This document shows, piece by piece, positions 38,497 to 52,066 of a DNA stretch of 64,000 bases. The stretch is from the NCBI GenBank assembly GCA_964252035.1, contig OZ176209.1; one strand, given 5' to 3'. A program made the translations under genes and the position numbers. Positions within the stretch are counted from its first letter, which is position 1. Every line of letters begins with the position of its first letter. The notes under the pieces were generated by a model. It made no database searches and was not told the origin of the DNA. It saw only the letters and a list, made by a program, of their open reading frames with translations. Origin of the DNA: Podarcis erhardii (lineage: Eukaryota).

Positions 38497-40959
38497 CAAG
38501 CCATTTTGGCACCTGAGGCGAAGCACTGAATGGTTTTCCCCACCCATCCAGCCACCAGGGAAGAAGGGGTGAGCGAAGATCTACATCGGGAACAAGGGAC
38601 GAATAAAGACCTGCATTGGGATCTGCTGCCCCTCTGGATCTTGCTGCCTGAGGTGGTTGCCTCACCTGACCTCACGGTAGGGCTGGTACTGTACGGTATG
38701 GATAAGGTAGGAAATGTCTCTGGTCCTGTCTTAGCTGCTCTGAACCATTCATTCATTCAATTTATTTATTTAACCGCCCTTCATCCGAAGATCACAGGGC
38801 AGCACACAATATGAACCTAGAGGGGCAATCTGCACAGGCTGCTCACTAAACCCTGATTCAGCCTTCACATCTTCTTATATGTGTCTTAGAAATTGAGCTT
38901 TGGCTGTGTAGGGAGCAGGAACTAGTAGGATATGTGCCATAGTTACATGATCTGGCAATCTGCTGTGTATTTTTAGAATCTGAAAGACAGGCTGATGCTA
39001 ACCTATGTTACCATTGCATAGGATGTGTTTTACGAATGTTTGAAATCATTTACAGCTAGGCTTTCCTGCTCGTAGTAATGCACAACCCTAGTGTGCTTAC
39101 TTAAATCTCCTCAACTGTACGTCCACAGGCAAAAATATGACCTTGGACGAGAAGCTGCTCTGTTAGAGGTCATCATTTCCTAAAATAATAAGCCAACTGA
39201 GTGTATTTGATCTGTAGAAACCAGAAGCGTGCAACGGATTTTAGTTTGAGTGCCTAATATTATGTAATATTGAATACACAATGCTTCCAGTAACAAAATT
39301 AAATATATAAATAGTTGTCACGACGTGAACAAAACCACAAGGTTCAAATCTTGTGCCAAGCTCTGATGCATATATCTCGTTGTCAGTCATTTGACTGAAG
39401 GTCTATGTTTTATTTAGGTAAAGGATTTTAACTCTGCCCTTCCAGGACAGTTTATAAAATGTTACATTTTTTAGAAAGACCAACTGCAACAATAAAGCAG
39501 TAGCTAGAAGCGGGAGGGGAAAAAATATATCCCCCCCCCCCAAAAAAAAATATTTACAATACCTGGAAGTCCTGGAATAAGAAAAGGTTGTTTTCCTTAG
39601 TGTCTGAAAAAATAACTATATGGGTATCAGGTGAGTTTCCCTGGGGAAAGATTACCACAGTCTGTGTGGCACTTGTGTCTATTGATGCGAACAGTGTTTG
39701 GGCTTTCTAGCTGTGTGCAGAATTGCAAGCTATGTCAGTAGGTGAAAAGGGGCTTCTCACTTCAGATATGGATGAAAGAACATGGATACCCAATGAAGAT
39801 GCTCTCACGAAAACAATAACAAGCTCAAGGGGTGGGGTGGGGTGAAAAACAGGTTGTAATCCAAAAAATATAATCTATAATGGGGTATAACAATGCAAAT
39901 TATCTGGGGAAGAGTTTTTCCATGTGTGGGTGCCTTATGTCAGTCAAAGACATATACATAAACTGCAATCTGTTCAACTATTTGAATGTTGAAAACACAA
40001 CATTTCCTCAAGTATATGAATTTGGAGTATGCTAAGCAGCCATGAATATGTATGGGTTAAGTTTCAGAATGAGATGTCAGTGCCAGTTTTGTGTAAGAGT
40101 GAGCATTTCCACTTTGAACATCTTTGCATGGATTTGAAATGCAGGATATGGAGCTGTATTATATATGTGCATATCATATAAAGGTTTTTTTAATCATATT
40201 TTTAAAAAATGAACAACAAACATAAAAGTATAGATGGAGGTGCTCCAGCTGACCTAGTGTAGTGGTGGGACTTTCAAAAATCTTTTGACCAAGTATCTTA
40301 AAGAACTCCTTCCAGCCCAAATAAAGTGCTTATTTGCATGTAACAGCCTTGTGCTCATTTATTTCCCTTCAGCTCCGTACACAATGTACTTTTGCCCCAG
40401 GAAAGGGTCACATCCTCAAGTAAACTCTGTAATTAAGAAGCATCTCACTCTTGACTTCCCTTCTCTCCAGGGTGATCAGCTTCTTTATCTCGCAGAGATG
40501 CAACAGGTTAAATCTCAGAAATGACATATATTGTCTGTAAGTTTGTATCTGGCCTCTGTTTCACACAGACCCACAACCTGTCTTGCTCAGGACAAAGGTA
40601 CGTGGTGATTATTAATGTTATTTTCACCCATCTATCAATCTAAAGCAGATCCTGCTCCTGCATTAGCTTCACAGGCAAGGTCCTATAAATATGAAACCTC
40701 ATCTTTTGGTCAGGCTCTTTAGTTGGATCTAGGCTGTTGTTGTTGTTGTTGTTACAACAACAACAATTTTATTATTTATATACCCTGCCCATCTGGCTGG
40801 GTTCATGGTGCATGCACTGCAAGGAGGTGAGGGAGATATCCATCCTAGGAGCTTCCAAATTACTCCAGTCTTTCTGAAGCCTGAAGTAAGTCTATGATAG
40901 TCAACCCCACACTTTCTACCTCCATCTTCCTAACCCTGCACCTATCCATCTAAATTCCT

Positions 40960-41100
40960 AATCATAGAATTATAGAGTTGGAAGGGACCACAAGTGCCAT
41001 CTCGTCCTACCCCCCCCCCAATGCAGGAATATTTTGCCTAATGTGGAGCTCAAACCCACAACCTTGAGATTAAGAGTCTCATGTTCTACTGACAGAGCTA
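40960..41100 (-). mobile_element. tRNA-CR1 SINE, diverged
   Basis: CR1-type tail ATCATAGAATTATAGAGTTGGAAGGGACC on the plus strand and a tRNA-like head near 41100. Confidence 0.6.
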
Positions 41101-42074
41101 TACAAGTAAAATACTTTGCTGGCGTAATGTGATGGAAACAGCTGATACAGTACTAAGGCTACAATAATATGCCCACTTACATTGGAGTAAGATACATTGG
41201 AGTAAGATACAACTTGGAACAAATGAGCAAAAACACAACGAACTGCAGATCATGGGAGTATGGAGAGAACGAGAGTAATATACAACTGCTTCACACATTC
41301 CTGGACGTGTGTGCATGGGCACGCCAGTGCTCACAGATGAGATGAATGAGATATACCTTTCCTGAGGCTGCTGTAGTAAGCAGATTTAGTTACTCCTATT
41401 TCATTTAAGGAAACAAAATTGTTGACAGTATAACTTATTTCCCTGCTCAAAGAGCAGCGGAAAGAATGGTTCCGCAGAATAAAATGAAATAATTCAAAAG
41501 AAATGGAATGACTCACTGCCAGGATTAGATTAACAACGGAGGTAGTCAAGGAAAGATTGATGCATTGGGACAAAAGCTGTCTAAAATTAAATAAGGTATG
41601 CCACTTGTAGACCAGCAGGAGGGATACTATCGTTGCCCTTTACAATTTATAATGGCATCCTCCAGATAAATTTCCTTGTCCACTTTTTATTGAAAACATT
41701 AACTGACTGGTTGTGTAGGCCGTGTTTTCAAAAAGCAAGGACACTAGTCTAACATAGCCATGAGGATGCTGTGAAGTGTAGAAGTTTGCTTCCAGGCAAC
41801 ACATTATCCAGCAAAATCCCTGAGAGCACCAGAGGCTTTGATTTAAAATGCACCTTTAAGTCTTTTGGCTGCAGATATAGTTTAAGAGGATAAGTGTTCA
41901 CTAAAGGCTCAGGGATTATGGATAGGGTTATTCATCACCCAAAAAAGGCCATGAATCTCACCCCACAAGTGTGGATAAAGCTTTACACATTCTGATTTAT
42001 ATGCATAGACGAAAATTTAAGAAATAATTACTATAGTATGAATAGGAATATAACACAGCTGCAGCTGTCTCTGG

Positions 42075-43000
42075 AGCCAATGCTTTGATGACCTCCTACC
42101 TGGACTACTGTAGCATGTTTTATGTGGAGCTGCCCTTGAAGATGGTCCATTCAGCTAGTGCAGAATGTGGGTGCTAGGTTGCTAAGTGGGGTAGCCTAAT
42201 AGGACCATGGGTCACTGGTCCTTAGAATACTACTGCCAGCGAGTTACTGGGTCCAGTACAAGCTTTTAGTACTAACATACAAAGCCCTAAATGGCTCGGG
42301 ACCCAAGTACCTGAAAGAGTGCCTTTCCCAGTATCCAAAATCTCAGGTCTTATGATCACATGCCCTCCAGCAGTTCTCTGATGAAAATAGGGACGTCCCA
42401 TTCCATAATAAAGATTTTACTATTTATACCCCACCCACCTTACATTTTTCGAATTCCCTATACAGGGCTGCCTTCAGACAGCCTGGGGAGTTGGAAAACT
42501 CCAAACCCTCCAAAATTTCTCTGATGAAAATAGGGATATCCTATGGAAACCAGGACATTATGGGATCAAATCAGAAACCAGGACGGCTTCTCTAAATCAG
42601 GGACTGTCCCTGGAAAATAGGGGCACTTGGAGGGTCTGTGATCAGCAGCGGAGGTCCTGCTGGTGATGCACAAGGGGATTGCACAAGTGGCTGTGACCTG
42701 TGACAAGGCCTTCTTAGTGGTAGTCCCCCATCTGTGGAATGTCCTCTCCAGTGAGACAGGTCAGTCTGCCTCACTATTCACTATTCCTGTTTATTTGTGT
42801 ATTTTGATGGCTGAAAGTTACTGTCTCTGGCAACGATGAAATTATTAGTTTGAGAGCAGCTGATTGTTTTCAGGAGTTTTAAAAACTTTGTTAGATGATC
42901 GTTGTGAATTGTTTTTCAGGAGTTTTAATTATATTAGCATTGATATATTTGTCACTCTGGGCTCCTTTGGTGTGGGGTATAAATCTAATGATGATGGTGA
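42075..43000 (+). mobile_element. Old L2 LINE 3' portion interrupted by a MITE
   Basis: ALMTSYLDYCSMFYVELPLK..LVQN..YKLLVLTYKALNGSGPKYLKE, resuming after the MITE with ..SAAEVLL..AFLVVVP.LWN.L. Confidence 0.65.
42359..42638. mobile_element. hAT-Blackjack-like MITE inserted in L2
   Basis: Ends CATGCCCTCCA / TGGAGGGTCTG with AAATAGGGAC repeats, apparent TGATCA duplication. A 5' fragment of the same family lies at about 11969-12020. Confidence 0.65.
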
Positions 43001-43034
43001 TAAGCTCCAAGACGGCTTAGCAGGCATCAGTTTT

Positions 43035-43377
43035 AAAGGTAAAGGGACCCCTGACCATTAGGTCCAGTCGTGGCCGACTCTGGGGTTGCGGAGCTCATCT
43101 TGCTTTATTGGCCGAGGGAGCCCGGCGTACAGCTTCCGGGTCATGTGGCCAGCATGACTAAACCGCTTCTGGCGAAGCAGAGCAGCGCACGGAAACGCCG
43201 TTTACCTTCCCGCTGGAGCGGTACCTATTTATCAACTTGCACTTCATGCTTTCAAACTGCTAGGTTGGCAGGGACCGAGCAACGGGATCTCACCCCGTCG
43301 CGAGGATTCGAACTGCTGACCTTCTGATTGGCAAGTCATAGGCTCTGTGGTTTAACCCACAGCGCCACCCGCGTCCC
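43035..43377 (+). mobile_element. Sauria SINE
   Basis: AAAGGTAAAGGGACCCCTGACCATTAGGTCCAGTCG head; colinear with 9088-9471. Confidence 0.9.
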
Positions 43378-43781
43378 TAGGAGGATGTGAATGGCAAACC
43401 ATTTATCTGCCTGGAGGCTTATACTGATAAGGAAATAAGGAAAGGTGGAGCAGTTGGTGCTTGGAGAAGGGCGAAGAGGCTGACCCCCTCCCTAGCAACC
43501 ACACACAGAGCTTGCTTCTTGCTTTGAAAGCATACTCTAAAAAGGGATATACAATTCAAGCAGTCTGCTTGCTAGCTTAAGCTATACACATATTCTAAAC
43601 AAACTCTTCCCCAGCCATTATCCTTAAACAAATACTGTTAGCTCTGATTTTTATTCAATCTTTAGCAACCTACAGGGGGCTAATAGAGGAACTGAGAAAG
43701 AAGGCGAGAATGGCTTATATATTTCTAATGTCCTCATTTTTTTTATCTCAAGTAATTTTTTCCTGTTTGTCCCCCCATCTG

Positions 43782-43784
<3 letters not shown>

Positions 43785-43814
<30 letters not shown>
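43785..43814. repeat. (CA)n microsatellite
   Basis: Direct observation. Confidence 0.95.
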
Positions 43815-43816
<2 letters not shown>

Positions 43817-44003
43817 GTTGTGACTCCCATTGATCTAGCTTTTCAGAACATGCCCAGACAACAAGAAAATGGTTTCTCAGGCAACAGCAATTACATGAAA
43901 TCTGTTTGTACCCTGCCCCCTTCCTATTTCTCTTCACTTTTAGCTGTTCACAAACAAGCAACAATGAGCTGATGGACCCCTAGCTTTTAATTATCAGGAT
44001 AAG

Positions 44004-44855
44004 TAGTTGCAGGACATATTGCTTTAAATGGCAAAGTGGGTTCTCCTTCATGGAAAGCACGTGTTGCGGTGGGAGGAACCATGACATTCCCTGTTGCTGG
44101 GCGGGTTAGCTTGGATGACCATGGATTTGATTGGGCACCTCCAATGTTGCTGGGGGGAATTGATTGTTGCAATTTTATTTGATTGATGGGGGTGCTATAT
44201 AGGTCCCTGTGTGCAGCGTTGAGCTTCTTCTTTTCGCTGCACACTTCGGATTACCCGCCCACCCTCCCTTTATTTAGGGTTTGTTTGCGCTGACCTTGCT
44301 ATGCCTGTCATGGGGTTGTCTGCTTTGGAGCATGGGCCTGGTAGGAATTTTACCATTTGGCTGATTGGCTGGTGCCATTTGGGTTTTGCCTACTGCGTAG
44401 CAAATCATCACAACTTGTAAGTTACGGTTCGGCATTGGTTAATTTTTTGGTTGGTGGAGGGGATGAAGTTGGCTGTGCCTGCCCCTCCAATGCTGCTGCT
44501 GCAAGGGTATTCCGTTAAAGGAATCCAGGGGCTTGCCATGCTTTGGTCCGTATCCCTGACAAAAGGATAGGGCCATGCAAGAGCCCCAGGGAGCATTTGG
44601 GGAGAGGAGTGAGCCTGGCACCCACCTTTTTCTCTCCCCAAAACTGCTTACCCTTACTGACTTCCGCACAGGTGTGGTTGTTAGTTCTGTTCCTACCTCC
44701 AAGTGGGAGCAGATTGTCGCTAACCAGTGCCTAAGCAACCACTCACTTACTGTAATTCAATAAAGTTGTGGCCAAAATTATGCCAAAAACCAAAACAAAA
44801 ATGATGTGTGAACGTGTTTTTATTCAGGAGTGTCTTGGGGGGTCCTCGACACGCA
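44004..44855 (+). mobile_element. Probable solo LTR or LTR-like terminal repeat
   Basis: CCAAT/ATTGG boxes, TATATAG near 44197, AATAAA near 44759, CA end, possible TSD ATAAG/ATAAC. Left boundary uncertain. Confidence 0.45.
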
Positions 44856-45202
44856 ATAACCCTGGCCATAACCCATGTGATATAGTAGTTAGAGTTTTGG
44901 ATAAGGACTTGGGAGACCAGAGTTAAAAATCCTCACTCAGTCATGAAGCTCACTGCGTGACCCTGGACCAGTCTACTGTCCAATACTATTTTTGTTCTAC
45001 TGCTTTACTAAAGATAACATTTATCTGCTTTGATAGAGCCAAAAACATTTTATTATTTGCTTCAAACAGGGTAGAAGGCAATCAAGGAATCTTCTAGTAA
45101 TCAGATGCCTCAATCAGGTCAGTTGCAATCAGAAAAAAAGATCTCCATAATATTTTGAATCACTTGCTCTCCTTCCCCCAATTCCATTGGTGAACTGGAG
45201 GT

Positions 45203-45830
45203 GGTAAAGGTAAAGGTAAAGGTAAAGGACCCCTGGATGGTTAAGTCTAGTCAAATTTGACTATGGGCTGTGGTGCTCATCTCACTTCAGGACCAGGGAG
45301 CCAGCCTTTGTCCACAGACAGCTTTTCCAGGTCATGAGACCAGCAGGACTAAACTGTTTCCTACACATTGTGACGAATGTGTCGTTCTGCCCGGACACTG
45401 AGGTCCAGCTCCGAGGGCCTTCTGGTGGTTCCCTCACTGCGAGAGGCCAAGTTACAGGGAACCAGGCAGAGGGCCTTCTCGGTAGTGGCGCCCGCCCTGT
45501 GGAACACCCTCCCATCAGATGTCAAAGCGATAAACAACTACCTGACATTCAGAAGACATCTGAAGGCAGCCCTGTTCAGGGAAGTTTTTAATATGTGACA
45601 TTTTAGTGTACTTTTCATCTTTGTTGGAAGCCGCCCAGAGTGGCTGGGGAAACCCAGCCAGAGTGGCTGGGGAAACCCAGCCATTATTTGTACCAGGGGT
45701 ACAAATAATAAATTATTATTATTATTATTATTATTGCACGGAAATGTCGCTTAATGTCCCAACACAGTGGTACCTATTTATCCACTTGCACTGGTGTGCT
45801 AGGTTGGCATAAGCTGGGACAGAGCAATGA
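45203..45830 (+). mobile_element. Sauria SINE interrupted by an L2 fragment
   Basis: (GGTAAA)n head, body breaks near 45377 and resumes at GCACGGAAAT (about 45736). Confidence 0.75.
45378..45735 (+). mobile_element. L2 LINE 3' end nested in a Sauria SINE
   Basis: TLRSSSEGLLVVPSLREAKLQGTRQRAFSVVAPALWNTLPSDVK..FRRHLKAALFREVF, (TTA)n tail, 23-bp tandem duplication at 45635-45680. Confidence 0.85.
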
Positions 45831-47328
45831 GATGACAAGGCTGTTGAACAGGATGGCATGTGCTAAATATAAGAAAACGTTTTCTTGTAGGAGGTCCAAC
45901 ATATTGAAGTGAAGTAAGCTTTCCCATATTCAGGCCTCCCCCTCCACAACAGAAAAGGTGCCCAAATGCTACCCAAAACACCTGTGCAGGTACCTACTAG
46001 AGGAGAAGATCAGTAATGGCTCACAAGTTGTTAGCCAGGGAAGTTTTTCTGCTATTACTCACTGTATTCAGGAACTCCTTCAGTGGAAGAACCACAGGGT
46101 TTTTCAAAACAATTGCTTGAAAATTATCTAACGCATGGGTCAAGATAGGTAAGTAATGCCTTCAGTTCTCCAATTCTCTGATACAGCAAATGTTCTCCCA
46201 AGAAAGCTATTAACGGAATCATCAACGTAAGTAGCACTTTCCTCTTTAATTGAATTGCTCATTTCACATTAAATACCTGTAGCACAGGATGTGATGAGCT
46301 ACTTTCCTGTAGTACTCAGATATAAATAGTTTCTTTTATCTGAAATAACAAAAGTGGTAGAGCTTATAAGGCCTGCCAAGTTTCTTCCAGTAGAAAGAAT
46401 GTCATCATCTTTAACCAATGTGCTTATGGGAGTATTCCAGAAAGAAAGAAAAATGTGAAAAAGATTATTTCTGAACATTTTAATGCCTATGCACTATTAA
46501 AATGGTGATGATACTTGGTGTCTGCTTTATAAGTTTTAACAAGCACTGCAGAATGATAAAATCCTGTTTTAAAACAGCCATTGCCTATATTGCAAATATT
46601 TTCACAGACCTCACTTTGTTTTTTAAGGTCTGGGTTTGGGTGAAGACCTTCCGACAGCTGCCCAAAGAACAAGAAAAAAATGTCCGATCAATACTATTTC
46701 TTATTGAGGTCAGGAAACTTCCAGAGAAGAAGAGGAAATTCCAAAGTTTTAATCAGAAGCCTGAGGTGGCCTGATCACACATCTGCCCAGGAGCTTTGTG
46801 CGTGTGCTTTCAGTAACATATTCATGGGTCATGGATGCTCGAGGGGTGAAAGCTACCTTCCCTCAGACCCTCTGATACAGAGTAATGAAGATTTTGGTCC
46901 TACAGATGGGTGGGTATGTCTTGTTCTCCAGAGGTGTTGGGGAAAGGATGGGGGCAGGCTAGCTTTTTGTCTATAAAGTGAAATTGGGTCTGATTTGCTT
47001 CGGAGGTTTGCAAATACAATAAAGATGCTTAACACAATTTGCAGCTTATAAATGCTAGCTATAGACCGTCACATTCACACACAACCCCCTCTAAGACCAC
47101 CACACAGCTCTCCTCCTCCTCTCTCCTCCTTCTCCCTTTTTTCCTCTAATAACCACTGTTAACATTCCTTGCTTTCTCCTTGACTTCAATCTCCTATGTC
47201 TGTCTTTCTTCATTCTAGTTTCTTGCATTTCCCATTTTTAACTTCCCTTTTCTTTTTCTACACAAGCCTGTCCAATTACTATGATTTGCATCAAAGGTTC
47301 TTTGTCAAGTTGTACTACCTTTGGTGTA

Positions 47329-47710
47329 AGGTAAAGATAAAGGATCCCTGGACAGTTAAGTCCAGTAAAAGGTGACTATGGGGTTGTTGTGCTCATCTTG
47401 CTTCAGCCTGAGGGAGCCAGTGTTTGTCCACAGACAGTTTTCTGTGTCATGTGGCCAGCATGACTAAACTGCTTCTGGAACAGCAGAACATCATGATGGA
47501 AGCCAGAGTGCACAGAAACACCATTTCCCTTCCTGCTTCAGTGGTACTTATTTATCTACTTGCACTGGCGTGCTTATGAACTGCTAGGTTGGCAGAAGGT
47601 AGTACAGAGCAACGGGAGCTCACCCTGTCATGGGGATTCGAACCACCGACCTTCTGATCGGCAAGCCCAAGAAGCTCAGTGGTTTAGACAACAGTGCCAC
47701 CTGCTCCCCA
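47329..47710 (+). mobile_element. Sauria SINE (longer subfamily)
   Basis: 12-bp TSD ACCTTTGGTGTA (47317-47328 and 47711-47722); body resembles the 45203 copy. Confidence 0.9.
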
Positions 47711-48786
47711 ACCTTTGGTGTATAACTTAAGGCAGGGTCTTATCTGTGATGGCACCCCAACTCTCCAGGGATCAGTTTATCTTTAATGCAGGGTTAAAAA
47801 CAGTTTTGCACTATCATCACTTTTCTGTGCCTTACAATGCTTCCATTCCTACCTACTCGTTTTTCATTTTTTCCTCCCCCGTTCTCTTTCTTCTTTGTTC
47901 TCCTTAGCAGAAAATCTACCTTTATATCTGCAGTTCTAAACAAACTTGAGTAGGGATGGGAGGTAAGCTCGATTGAACAGAGTGGGACTTACATATCTGA
48001 GTAAGAATGCAGGGCACTGCACTACATAAGTCATTAAGAAAATTTATTCCCATTACAATTTATGGAAAAGAAAAATTCAATCCTGAGAGCTACACACTAT
48101 TTGTTAGGAGCTGCACAGGTCAGCTGCACAGTTTAGCAAAAAGCTCCTCCATTCATTGGAAACCATTTAAGGGCTGAGGCCATGAATGCATACCAAGCCA
48201 CCTACAGGCATTCATTACCTCAGCCGCTCAGTCTATTAAGTTTCTAATGTTGTTCCTTTACTCTGCCTTTATAGGGAGGACATTGTCTTCTCTTTCATAG
48301 GTGCTGGACATAATTAAATGATTTTTGGCAATCAGGCTACTGCAAACTTGCATTCCTGATAGAAAGTGTGTCACATCTCATTAGCTTGTATGGTAAAAAT
48401 GTATTTTCAACACAGCAATAACTAAACACCAACTAATGATCTGCACAACCTTTGAAATTTTTACTAGAGTCTGAGCTAGTATTTTATGCACCCAGGCAAT
48501 TTGACAAAAAGGCAGATTTTTATAGCCCTTGCATGATTTTCATCAATATTCCACAGGATTTTTTTTAAAAAAAACTTTATGTGACGGTAGTCTATTTGAT
48601 CCCTGCAAATGGTTGAAAAACCATTGAAATGGAAAGGGGGCCTGCAATATTGAAATCTGAGGAGGCCAGCAGCATATTGTTCAATATACTGAAATACAAA
48701 ACGGCTTTCAATAATGTCATTAATCTATATCACTTTCCTCAGTGTAATTGTTGTACAGAATCTTGTGTGTTAATATCTCCTTAGGT

Positions 48787-49006
48787 CAGGCATGTCCAAA
48801 GTCCGTTTTGGGGGCCTAATCCGGCCCCTGTGGCAGTCTATCTCCTAGGGTAAAATCCTAAAGAATGCTCACCAACTTCAATCTTTAAAAAAGCTCAACA
48901 ACTTCAATCCTAAAAAAAGGTAAACAACTCAACAACTTTGGTCTGCCCTCACGCATATTCACTTAATGAAATCTGGCTCTCTTTGAAAAAAGTTTGGGCA
49001 CTCCTG
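48787..49006. mobile_element. hAT-Charlie-like MITE
   Basis: TIR CAGGCATGTCCAAA / TTTGGGCACTCCTG, TSD CCTTAGGT/CCTTAGAT. Confidence 0.8.
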
Positions 49007-49264
49007 CCTTAGATGGAACCTGGAGTGAAGGAACTGTAGAACCCTGATGTTTCCGTCTTGACAGGGAAGCCAGTTGAGTCACCTTTAAATGCTAAAGCAT
49101 GTTGAACAAAACCCAGGTAAAACTCAAGAGACTATCTTGAGGCATGAAAAGCCAAAGACATGCATTTCCAGAATGATTTTAAGAAAGGAAGTGAGTCTGC
49201 TTTGCAATAGTTTTTTGTAACTGTCATAGTCAACTAGCGTTCTGCTATTTTCTTATATGGGGTG

Positions 49265-49745
49265 TTGAGGAGGGGTAGTAATGCTGAGTGGGGCACACTG
49301 TGCTCCTTCTGGGGTAGTTTGTTCACCTTTGGTCCCCCCTGCCCTCAGCTCTCACCTGTGGCTCCCATAAGCTGTCAGCATGAGACAGCAGCCACACCCC
49401 AGGAAAGGCTTCGACTGGCCGGCTAAACCAGGTGAGTATAGCCAATGGGTCTCAAACCCTCAGTGAGTTAGGGACTTCCCCTGCATGCAAAGACAGGCTC
49501 CAGTGGATTGAGCAGACAAGACCAACAGTGGGTCAAATGACCAAGAAAGCGGTTCTGCACATTCTGTACAGGGAAGTGAGTGGCAGGTGGGGCTCATCAA
49601 CATGGGAAGGTAGCCCATCTAGGAGAAGGAAAACTCTGGTCCTAAACCTTCACTGCCTTGAGGAATGTCTTTGGGAAAAGAAAAGGCTGTAAACCCTACA
49701 CAAATCCAGAGCAGAGTCCCCAAGGCAGCTGGATGAAGGAGACGC
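49265..49745 (+). mobile_element. Probable RTE-clade 5' UTR-derived fragment
   Basis: Contains CTAGGAGAAGGAAAACTCTG..AAACC, a motif I associate with RTE 5' regions; no ORF. Boundaries approximate. Confidence 0.4.
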
Positions 49746-52009
49746 ACCAATTATACTTCCACGATTCTTCACTTCAGTCATTCTGAACATTCCATTCTGA
49801 AGCCCTGTGTTTTATGCAAAATCTTTCATCAGCTCAACTCTTCATCACTAACAGTGAAATATAATACATGTCTACTCAGAAGTTTCACTGAGTTTAATGG
49901 GGCTTACTCCCAGGTAGGTAGGCATAATATTTTATGCTGAAATGCTATTAACTCTAGGTTTACCCAGGCATTTGAAAGACACTGTTCCTAGCAACCATGA
50001 AATCACTGGCTAAGAGAATGTTTTAAACTTTTTAAAGCATGCTTTTAAACATGTTTTTATTATTGATGTTTTTGCTGTCCTGGACTCCTTTGGGAAGAAG
50101 GACAGGATGTAAATTGAATGAAAGAAAATATAAATAATAAATATACTCCCTTACCTGTGAGAAATCACCAATAAACTCGCTCACTTAAAATTACTGCCAA
50201 GTAAATTGCTTGGGACTGTGTTTCAAGTCTGAATGAGTAGTCAACAGCCTAGCCATTTAAAAAAAACATTTTAGTGAAACATTGAGATGAGTTCAGGGGA
50301 TCATGTTTCAGCGAAAATTGTTACATAAATAACACTAGTCTTTCTTGGCCAACATCAGATTCAACCTGTTACCTGCAACTCTCCCTGGACTGAATCAAGA
50401 CCTGATCCAAGTCAAGTATTGCCAGAGTTCTGTTGAGGTTCATTTCCCCTTTGATCTAAAACCTCTGAAGACATTGACAAGATGCAATAATGCATTCAGC
50501 AAAATTATGTGGTTCAATGTTATCAGTGTTGTCTGGCCTCTAGGGAGAGGCATTCCTTGGAAGAACCATCTAGCAGAACCATTAAGATTGCCTTTATGGA
50601 TACAATTGGAGTGGTGTGGGACTATTCAAAGAGGAATAGCTTCTTCACCACTCCAGTAATGTACCGGTATGCTTCAAGCACATGGTGATTATTGCTACTC
50701 TGAATCACCAATATTAACATTGTTAGCATTTAAAAAATATTTATTAACATGGTTTCCAAAATGAATGTAATCAACAAGTACTGAACAATTTTCATCTTCA
50801 AACAAGGTAAGATTTTTAAAAAGCTGGTCCTTTTCAGCAAACAAACGTTAAACCCTTTTGGCAGCCAGCTTGCTTCCCATTACTATTATGTGACAGTGTC
50901 TCACCTTATTTAATAATCTTGCACATCACAAATAGGCTTGACAGCCTCTCCAGAAGAAAGAAGAGAGGAGAAAAAGCTAACAACAAACGATTTTCAATTA
51001 AGCACAGCAGCACACAGCTAGCCCTGGTCAAAGCCTGTTTTACAAGGGCTCACAAATGTCGGTGTCTTCATCAGTTTCTATTGTATGAAGAGTAAAGGAA
51101 AAGGGATAAAAGGAAAATGAAGAGAACAATCCCAGGAGAGAAATAATGAGCGAAACATCCTTACTACCATACTGAAGGCCCTCAGAATGATGACAGAATA
51201 TAAGACTAAGGATACAATAGTCATTCATGTGCTAAATGCAAGGTTATGTCAAAGACCATGAAATTCTATGTGATAATAGTCACTTCAATGGACTAAATAT
51301 CACCCATTTAAGGAAGTACTTGACATACCTGGGTTCTGCACTTGAACTCTATGCATAGTTTATCTTAGAAGACACTTGATTCATGAAAAAGAATTTTCCC
51401 CATACCATCTTCATCTCTGCACTATTATAAGACAGTAACATCTAAATAGTGAGGGTCAAAAGACTTTGTGTTAATTAGGAAAATGTCGCATCTCTAGTGC
51501 TTCTCAGAACCTATAGTGTCTAAAGGAGGAGGCAGAGAGTAGACGTGTGAAATGGTTACCAGTACATTAAAATCAGTACTGCAGTCGTATCTCTGCCTTT
51601 GTCTGTAGCACTTCAAATCAAGTGCTACCCTGGACAAAGGAACACAATGAGAATATAAAGAAGAGATCGCGACCCCTGTGAAAGGATGACTGCAATGAGT
51701 GAGGCTATGGGGCACTACGCAGGATAAAGCTATTTTAAACAATTTGGTGGTAGGGATTAATGCAAGCATATATTTTGGAACGAAGCACTAGGAAGCTGAA
51801 TGAGATGTTTGTGAAGAAATATTGGTATGAAATACGTTGAACTGGGGCATGTTTAAGTATGATAAGAGAAGGTCTTTGATTGTTACCTGCCCCATCTGTA
51901 TGCATGAATATAGGTATCAATATAGGTGAAAAATACAAAGAAAGCTGACCATTTTCAACCAGACCATACACTCTATTCTATGTAATCTTTCTTAAAGATG
52001 TGATAAATG

Positions 52010-52012
<3 letters not shown>

Positions 52013-52063
<51 letters not shown>
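52013..52063. repeat. (AG)n microsatellite
   Basis: Direct observation. Confidence 0.95.

Positions 52064-52066
<3 letters not shown>

Noticed and set aside
42375-42540. CTGATGA motifs as additional hammerheads
   Set aside because: No stem II followed by GAAA and no stem I/III; these are MITE subterminal repeats.
49265-49360. HDV-like ribozyme in the RTE-type 5' UTR
   Set aside because: I could not draw consistent P1/P3/P1.1 pairings by hand; a descriptor search on the family consensus would be needed.
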